Assembly (NCBI GenBank): GCA_020632255.1
Contig: JACKFX010000005.1
Span: 22,827-86,826 of the forward strand
DNA length: 64,000 bases
Reading direction: 5' to 3'
Source of the DNA: Pseudomonadales bacterium
GTDB lineage: Bacteria > Patescibacteriota > Microgenomatia > UBA1400 > PJMF01
In this document: piece after piece, positions 58,489-64,000 of the stretch
Layout: each line of letters opens with the position of its first letter
How positions within the stretch are numbered: position 1 is the first letter of the stretch
Translations under genes and position numbers: made by a program
The notes under the pieces: generated by a model
What the model was told of the DNA's origin: nothing
The model's input: only the letters and a program-made list of their open reading frames with translations
The model's database searches: none

Positions 58489-60327
58489 ATGCAAAAAATC
58501 AGAAACATCGCAGTTATTGCTCACGTTGACCATGGAAAAACAACGCTTGTGGATGCCCTCCTCAAGCAAACCAATGTCTTCCGCGATAACCAGAAAGAAA
58601 TGCAAGAAGAACGCATCATGGACAGCAATGACCTCGAACGTGAACGCGGTATTACTATCTTGGCTAAAAACTGTGCCATTGCCTACAATGACTACAAAAT
58701 AAATATTATTGATACTCCAGGACATGCTGACTTCTCTGGTGAAGTCGAACGCACCCTCTCAATGGCTGATGGAGCCCTCCTCATCATTGATGCGCAAGAA
58801 GGTCCAATGCCTCAGTCTCGTTTTGTGCTTAAAAAAGCTCTCGAATTAGATCTCAAAATTATCGTCGTTGTTAACAAAATCGATAAGCCATTTGCTCGCA
58901 CTCAAGTAGTGTTGGGTAAAGTCGAAGATCTTTTCTTAGAGCTAGCTCATAACGAAGATCAACTTCACTTTACTACATTGTATGCCGTTGCTCGTGAAGG
59001 AAAAGTGTTTAATGAACTTCCTGAAGACTTCAACCAACCTGGTAATGTAACACCACTTCTCGAAACAATCATTACAGAAATACCTGAACCCCCGGTTACT
59101 CAGGATGGTCCCTTTAAAATGGTGGTTTCTTCGCTAGATTATGACAAGCATCTTGGTCGAATTAGCATTGGTCGTATCCACTCTGGCACCATCCGCAAGC
59201 GCGACACTATTATTGTGACTGATAAACCAACTAAATCCTACTCTGTTGAACGCATAATGCTTGGCCGTGGGCTTGATCGTTACGAAGCTGAAACTGCAGC
59301 AGCTGGTGACATCGTGGCCTTAACTGGTGTTTCAGATATCACCATTGGTCAGACTTTGTCAGACCCAAGCGATACTGAATCACTCCATACTATTGAAATT
59401 TCTGAACCAACTCTACACATGCAAATGGGCTCAAATACGTCTCCGTTCTCTGCACAAGAAGGTGAATTCAACACGAGTCGTCAGCTTGAAGAGCGCTTAG
59501 ACCGAGAGCTTGAAAGCAACCTCTCACTTCGCGTCGAAAAGCTCGATGGAGGACAATTCAAACTCTCTGGAAGAGGTGAATTACATCTTTCCATCTTGCT
59601 AGAAAATATGCGTCGTGAAGGCTACGAAATGGAAGTCGGGAAACCTCAAGTTATCACTAAGAAAATTGATGGGGTCTTACATGAGCCTGTCGAAGAAGTT
59701 AGCATCATTGTTCCAGAAGAGTATAGTGGCGCTATCAACCAGGAAGTTGGGAAACGCTACGGTGAAATGCAAAAGATAGAATCGGTAACCGACACCGAGG
59801 TTGAATTCACCTACAAAATGGCGAGTCGTGCCCTCATTGGTCTTCGTAGTTCACTACTTACTCAAACCAAAGGAACTGCACTTGTTAGTAGTCAGTTCTT
59901 AGCTTTTGAACCAATGGGCAGAGCTATTCCGCAACTTCGAAATGGAGCGCTTATTTCTTCAGAGACTGGAGATGTTACTGCCTATGGACTCAACGCCGCT
60001 CAACAACGTGGTATAACTTTTGTTGAACCAGGTGACACCATCTATGAAGGTCAAATTATTGGGCTTAATGCTAAAAAAGAAGATATTGAAGTAAATGTTT
60101 GTAAAGGTAAAAAGCTGACAAACATGCGAGCATCTGGAAGTGATGGTGTTATCCAGATCACCCCACCCATTCTCATGAGTCTTGAACAATCACTTGAATT
60201 TATTGAAGATGATGAACTCCTAGAAATTACCCCTAAGTCACTTCGTGTTCGTAAAAAACAACTCACTGCAGTTGATCGAAAGCGCCAGAGAAGAAAAGAG
60301 CGTGAAGCTATTTCACCGCGATCATAA
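58489..60327 (+). CDS. typA: Translational GTPase TypA/BipA
   Basis: [34 protein letters not shown]; EF-G-like domain order without domain IV. GGGA RBS 6 nt upstream of ATG 58489; the ORF track's TTG at 58471 is a possible alternative. Confidence 0.92.
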   Translation: MQKIRNIAVIAHVDHGKTTLVDALLKQTNVFRDNQKEMQEERIMDSNDLERERGITILAKNCAIAYNDYKINIIDTPGHADFSGEVERTLSMADGALLIIDAQEGPMPQSRFVLKKALELDLKIIVVVNKIDKPFARTQVVLGKVEDLFLELAHNEDQLHFTTLYAVAREGKVFNELPEDFNQPGNVTPLLETIITEIPEPPVTQDGPFKMVVSSLDYDKHLGRISIGRIHSGTIRKRDTIIVTDKPTKSYSVERIMLGRGLDRYEAETAAAGDIVALTGVSDITIGQTLSDPSDTESLHTIEISEPTLHMQMGSNTSPFSAQEGEFNTSRQLEERLDRELESNLSLRVEKLDGGQFKLSGRGELHLSILLENMRREGYEMEVGKPQVITKKIDGVLHEPVEEVSIIVPEEYSGAINQEVGKRYGEMQKIESVTDTEVEFTYKMASRALIGLRSSLLTQTKGTALVSSQFLAFEPMGRAIPQLRNGALISSETGDVTAYGLNAAQQRGITFVEPGDTIYEGQIIGLNAKKEDIEVNVCKGKKLTNMRASGSDGVIQITPPILMSLEQSLEFIEDDELLEITPKSLRVRKKQLTAVDRKRQRRKEREAISPRS

Positions 60328-60526
60328 TAGGGGTTTCTTCAAACTCAACTCCATCATACATATCGAGTGCTAAGTAGGCATCTGTTGAATCCATCTCAAA
60401 CTCCACACAGTTTTTCCCATGTGCTCCAGAATACTTAAACTGTCGAACCTCTCCTGCTTCTTCAAATAGTTCGATTATGTCATCCTTCGATAAATAATTT
60501 GGTAGTGAACACACATGGACTTTCAT
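60308..60526 (-). CDS. Small RRM-like putative RNA-binding protein (start at internal ATG 60526)
   Basis: MKVHVCSLPNYLSKDDIIELFEEAGEV...VEFEM has the beta-alpha-beta pattern and degenerate RNP-2/RNP-1 positions of an RRM. Overlaps the typA 3' end convergently by 20 nt. Confidence 0.35.
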   Translation of the reverse strand: MKVHVCSLPNYLSKDDIIELFEEAGEVRQFKYSGAHGKNCVEFEMDSTDAYLALDMYDGVEFEETPIMIAVK

Positions 60527-60645
60527 GGATGTGAGTAACGTCCCCTTCTGACGTAATAAATATCTGAAACACATTTTATACCCTCAGCATGTATTGAAAA
60601 GCACGAAATAGTATCTTCACGTACACAATCTAATGCCGTACACTA

Positions 60646-61128
60646 GTGACACCTATGATAACCAAAAACTCACAAGCCCCCCTTACCATTAAAGTAGTTG
60701 ATGAATCTGGAAATCTGATTTCACTTGAAGACACACTTGGCACGTACGTCCTCCTTTTTGTATATCCTAAAGACAATACTCCTGGATGTACGACGGAAGC
60801 CTGTTCATTTAGAGATTCGTACGCTAAACTTAAAAAAATGGGTGTTCGAGTCATCGGACTCAGTGGTGATTCACTTGCATCTCATGAAAAATTTAAATCA
60901 AAACATTCCCTTACCTTTGAGTTGTGGTCAGATCCAGAGAAGAAACTTATTAAAGCCCTCGGCGCACTAAAAGAAAAAAGTATGTTTGGAAATACCTTTC
61001 TGGGAATTGTTCGCTCGAGCTTTGCTATTGACCCTGAAGGCAAAATCGTGCAGATTTGGCCAAAAGTCTCACCAAATACCCATGTTTCAGAAGTGATTTC
61101 CTATTTTACTCAATTACTTGAGGGTTGA
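60646..61128 (+). CDS. bcp: Peroxiredoxin, Bcp/AhpC-TSA family
   Basis: 160 aa; VLLFVYPKDNTPGCTTEACSFRD contains the peroxidatic Cys motif PxxxTxxC. Confidence 0.85.
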   Translation: MTPMITKNSQAPLTIKVVDESGNLISLEDTLGTYVLLFVYPKDNTPGCTTEACSFRDSYAKLKKMGVRVIGLSGDSLASHEKFKSKHSLTFELWSDPEKKLIKALGALKEKSMFGNTFLGIVRSSFAIDPEGKIVQIWPKVSPNTHVSEVISYFTQLLEG

Positions 61129-62175
61129 GTGAGTAAAGGTCCAACGTTTGTCTTCGGACACAGAATTTGTGGTAGATTTTTGAGCGACTACCCATTGATA
61201 CGTAATTCTTGAAATTTCTTCTGTCCACTCTACCGAATCTCTAAAGGAGTCTAGGTCATCAGTTGGAATACTAATACAAAGAAGGTATGGTTTTTGAGGC
61301 AGATACACAATTCCACAATGATTAAACCGGTATGGCTCATCAAGATTCGCACCTCGATCAAAAAACCCAAATTTATGAGCGACCCTCACATCCTTGGGAA
61401 TTGCAGCGACCATTCCATCCTCAAATGTGGTCTCTGTTAGAATTTTTAAAATCTCTTCAGACGATGACCGCGATAAAAATGATGCATTATATAAAATTCT
61501 AAACACATTAGAGTAGTTTTTGAGCGTAACCTCGCCATTCACGGTGTTCATGGAAAAACGCTCCACCATATCATTACTTATCTGAGGATTTTTTTTCTCC
61601 GTAACATAGCGTAAAAACTGGATTGCCTCGTTGTCAGAGTACACCAATGCCCTTCGAACTAACTCACGTACCGTGTACCGAGTATCGGGTTGCAAGTGAA
61701 AATCCTCGCTCCCATTCTCTGGAACGTTGCGAGTATACTCAAATTGGTTTGTGTAGATATGCTCCTCATCAAAAAAAGAGGGATCTTCCTCATACATCTT
61801 ATAGGCAGAAATAACTCCGATTACCTTTGACATACTAGCCGACGGGAAAAGTTTATCTTCATTAATGCCAATCCACATGCCCGTATTAAGATCTCTGAAG
61901 TACAAACTTGCTGTATCCTGAATATTTATAGAAGTAAAATAATCAAGAAGCTCTGTATGGAGAGAAGTATTTCTTTGGGCAATAAAACCCGCATCACACT
62001 CCAGTAATGGTGCAATAAGCTGGTATCCTGGTTCACGGACCTCCTGGTAGTCAGATGAACACACATTATCACTATTTTGAGTACCCAACTGATTGTTAGA
62101 AAAAGCGGACACACTCCACATTAAACCCAAACCAGCAAAAAAACCAAGTGAAAAAATTGTCAGGAGTGTCTTCAT
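61114..62175 (-). CDS. Secreted class-A beta-lactamase / D,D-peptidase-fold serine hydrolase
   Basis: 353 aa; signal peptide; SMSK (SxxK), YSDNEA (SDN), HKFG (KTG-like) in the correct order and spacing. Confidence 0.6.
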   Translation of the reverse strand: MKTLLTIFSLGFFAGLGLMWSVSAFSNNQLGTQNSDNVCSSDYQEVREPGYQLIAPLLECDAGFIAQRNTSLHTELLDYFTSINIQDTASLYFRDLNTGMWIGINEDKLFPSASMSKVIGVISAYKMYEEDPSFFDEEHIYTNQFEYTRNVPENGSEDFHLQPDTRYTVRELVRRALVYSDNEAIQFLRYVTEKKNPQISNDMVERFSMNTVNGEVTLKNYSNVFRILYNASFLSRSSSEEILKILTETTFEDGMVAAIPKDVRVAHKFGFFDRGANLDEPYRFNHCGIVYLPQKPYLLCISIPTDDLDSFRDSVEWTEEISRITYQWVVAQKSTTNSVSEDKRWTFTHSTLK

Positions 62176-62313
62176 TTAGATAGTAAAGATTATACAGGTT
62201 ATACAGGTGGAGAATAACTCTACGAAACAAATATAACAAGAGACAAAAAAAACGGTACATTGGTTTTTTTATCACAAGACACAGCGTTCAAATAACAAAA
62301 AAAATCAAGGTTA

Positions 62314-62832
62314 CTAATCAGAAACCATAATTCGCTCTGTTTCGAGCGTATCTAAATCGAGCAAAACGAAACTACTTTCCTTGTCTGCATCTTGCATAAG
62401 CCATTCATCTTTTGTAACCGTATTTCCTGGGTTAATAAAAAGCGATGGACCCTCAATCACCCTATACTGGTGGTCGTGCCCGCCAATACATACATCGAAA
62501 ACACCACTCTGGGCAACGTTCTGGCTCATGTCTGAAAAATGGTTCATAAAAATCATCCTCCCAGCAAGTTCCATACGCAAAGTGTCACCATGGCATGAAA
62601 CATTTTCTAAAGGAGTTGTTCTAGCCATCAATCCTGCTCGCTCACCATCATTATTTCCAAAAATAAAGTGGAGATGACCTGTATAGTGTTTATGAAACCT
62701 CATTACCATACCTGGATTGATAATATCCCCAGCGTGAAGAGCAATCGTAATCTTGTGCTCATTTAAGTACTTGATGATCCAAGTAACTGCTGAACTGTTA
62801 TCGTGGGTATCTGAGATCACTGCAATTTTCAT
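62314..62832 (-). CDS. YfcE-like metallophosphoesterase
   Basis: 172 aa; MKIAVISDTHDN, HAGD, GNNDGE, GHDHQ motifs. Confidence 0.8.
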   Translation of the reverse strand: MKIAVISDTHDNSSAVTWIIKYLNEHKITIALHAGDIINPGMVMRFHKHYTGHLHFIFGNNDGERAGLMARTTPLENVSCHGDTLRMELAGRMIFMNHFSDMSQNVAQSGVFDVCIGGHDHQYRVIEGPSLFINPGNTVTKDEWLMQDADKESSFVLLDLDTLETERIMVSD

Positions 62833-63308
62833 AATTGGTTTATTGTATCACTTTGGTACCATTGCATAATGGCAGATTGAGCTGCAGTAACTGTGGTGTA
62901 CTGCGTTGCAGTTAATCCAGCAACTTGTGCTGCCCGAACATTCTCAAATTGATCATCAATAAAAAAACAATCGTGGGGGGGACACTCCAATTCAAGACAG
63001 AGTTTCTTAAATGATTTTGGATCAGATTTTGAATACCCAATCTGTGTCGTTGTGTACACAGCTTCAAAGTAATGAGCCACATCTGCCACAACCTCTGGAG
63101 CTTGATGTGTAGTCCCTGTCGTAAAAATAACTTTTTTGCATAGTAGTTCTTGAATAAATGTGAGAAGTGGTTGATTTAACTGATTCAGTGCCCAGAAAGT
63201 TGAGCCTTGTTCATGTATATCAGCCTGAAATTTGTCTGCATCCCCAGTGTACAAAGTGCCTCGTGAAAGCAAAATAACATGAACAAAATCAGAAATAAGT
63301 ATCTTCAT
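62829..63308 (-). CDS. HAD-superfamily-like hydrolase (divergent motif I)
   Basis: 159 aa; ILISDFVHVIL (motif I-like), ...SKSDP (Lys motif), FFIDD (motif IV); start overlaps the upstream stop by 4 nt. Confidence 0.45.
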   Translation of the reverse strand: MKILISDFVHVILLSRGTLYTGDADKFQADIHEQGSTFWALNQLNQPLLTFIQELLCKKVIFTTGTTHQAPEVVADVAHYFEAVYTTTQIGYSKSDPKSFKKLCLELECPPHDCFFIDDQFENVRAAQVAGLTATQYTTVTAAQSAIMQWYQSDTINQL

Positions 63309-63391
63309 GACTCCAGCATAGCAGAAACACTTATCTAAAGATCAATGTGCCCCAAAAATACACAATAAAAAACTATGTACTTGAATTATTT

Positions 63392-64000
63392 TTAGTTACA
63401 TCTATCGAAAGCAGGTAAGTGCTTGTACTCAGAAGCGTTCATGAGATTGGTGAATACAGCTGAAATATCGGCATACTCACCAACAGCTGGTAATAACTTT
63501 TCTCGATACAGTGCAGCATTTGCAATTTCAGCATCAACACCTGTTTGACATGATTCTTGCAGCGAAGCGGGTACGGATACAGTCCCATCCCACTTGTTCT
63601 CTGGCACTTCTAGTCCATACTTATCAAAAATTGCTCGAAGTGAAGCAATATGTTGTTCTTCTGCTCCTTTAATCATAGAAAATGGTCTAACACTGCCAAA
63701 CTCAGCAACAACAGCATTGTAGGTTGCGAGGGCTTTGTACTCATCATCAATTGCTGCTTCAAGCGCTTCCTGTGCTGCAGCGGATAACTCACCAGCAGGA
63801 TACTCTAAACCATCAACAAGCAAACAGTCATCAGCAAGACAATTTCCTCTATTGGGCTCGCTTTGTTGTTCTCTTCCGCCAGCACTCATACCAGAACCAC
63901 TACCATTTCTGTAGCCATAGCGCTGTTGCGTTGCAAAATCACTTGTAGTTTTTGTGGAGACCTGCTGTGAACGAGTGATTGAGTATCCAGCAACTACACC
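63392..64000 (-). CDS. Ferritin-like DUF2202-type protein, 3' portion (reading frame stays open to the window edge)
   Basis: AAQEALEAAIDDEYKALATYNAVVAEFG...AEEQHIASLRAIFDKYG matches the DUF2202/ferritin-like helical pair. The frame upstream of the ATG at 63889 has no stop through 64000 (GVVAGYSITRSQQVSTKTT...GSGSG), so the gene likely begins outside the window. Confidence 0.5.
   Translation of the reverse strand, partial: GVVAGYSITRSQQVSTKTTSDFATQQRYGYRNGSGSGMSAGGREQQSEPNRGNCLADDCLLVDGLEYPAGELSAAAQEALEAAIDDEYKALATYNAVVAEFGSVRPFSMIKGAEEQHIASLRAIFDKYGLEVPENKWDGTVSVPASLQESCQTGVDAEIANAALYREKLLPAVGEYADISAVFTNLMNASEYKHLPAFDRCN

Noticed and set aside
62176-62313. Direct repeat ttatacagg x2 and A/T-flanked segment between beta-lactamase-like and phosphoesterase genes
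   Set aside because: Too short and AT-rich to call a regulatory element or terminator with any confidence; no stable stem identified.
1-64000. Search for CRISPR arrays, rRNA/tRNA genes, transposases, integrases, phage structural genes
   Set aside because: No regularly spaced direct repeats, no tRNA-like cloverleaf regions in the longer intergenic gaps, and no ORF with transposase/integrase/recombinase motifs were seen; the window appears to be core chromosome plus lineage-specific genes rather than a mobile island.

Overview
A 64-kb chromosomal segment from a low-GC (~42-43%) bacterium with monoderm, Firmicutes-like cell-biology genes (sortase, DUF948/YtxH, RodZ, GatB/YqeY, CcdA) and a fermentative, ferredoxin-based energy metabolism. 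The first 12.6 kb is the conserved str/rif cluster on the minus strand, in canonical order rpoB-rpoC-rpsL-rpsG-fusA-tuf-rpsJ-rplC. The rplC gene runs off the 5' edge of the window. Next come mltG, a macro-domain protein, a PIF1/RecD-like helicase translationally coupled to ruvX/yqgF, a sortase flanked by membrane proteins, and a short alaS with an apparent T-box leader. These are followed by envelope and housekeeping genes (YtxH/DUF948, rodZ-like, gatB/yqeY, ccdA, prmC, cobW-like, DUF368, SPFH). A three-gene operon then encodes succinyl-CoA-synthetase-like beta and alpha subunits plus a small citrate-synthase-like protein, which reads as a split citryl-CoA synthetase/citryl-CoA lyase (ATP-citrate-lyase-like). 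Downstream is a 1095-aa protein with a complete C-terminal calcineurin-like phosphoesterase domain and a large unassigned N-terminal region. After it come an ArsB/NhaD-family permease, a Cas4-like Fe-S PD-(D/E)XK nuclease, several secreted or membrane proteins of unknown function, a Fet4-like iron permease and a P2-type ATPase. The energy block is a two-subunit 2-oxoacid:ferredoxin oxidoreductase, an ADP-forming acetyl-CoA synthetase, a Met-rich cytochrome-b5-like lipoprotein and an L-lactate dehydrogenase. The rest holds an adenylate-kinase-like P-loop kinase paired with a putative PD-(D/E)XK protein, DsbA, ferredoxin plus peptidase U32, an RsmB-like methyltransferase, a nitroreductase, an LTXXQ/CpxP-like protein with a two-component system, typA, bcp, a beta-lactamase-like serine hydrolase, phosphoesterase and HAD genes, and a ferritin-like DUF2202 protein that runs off the 3' edge. 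I found no CRISPR array, rRNA or tRNA gene, transposase or integrase. The most unusual elements are the split ACL-like operon, the giant phosphoesterase protein with its small membrane partner, the kinase/nuclease-fold pair, and the macro-helicase-RuvX operon. All calls rest on motif-level reading of the supplied translations, not on database searches.
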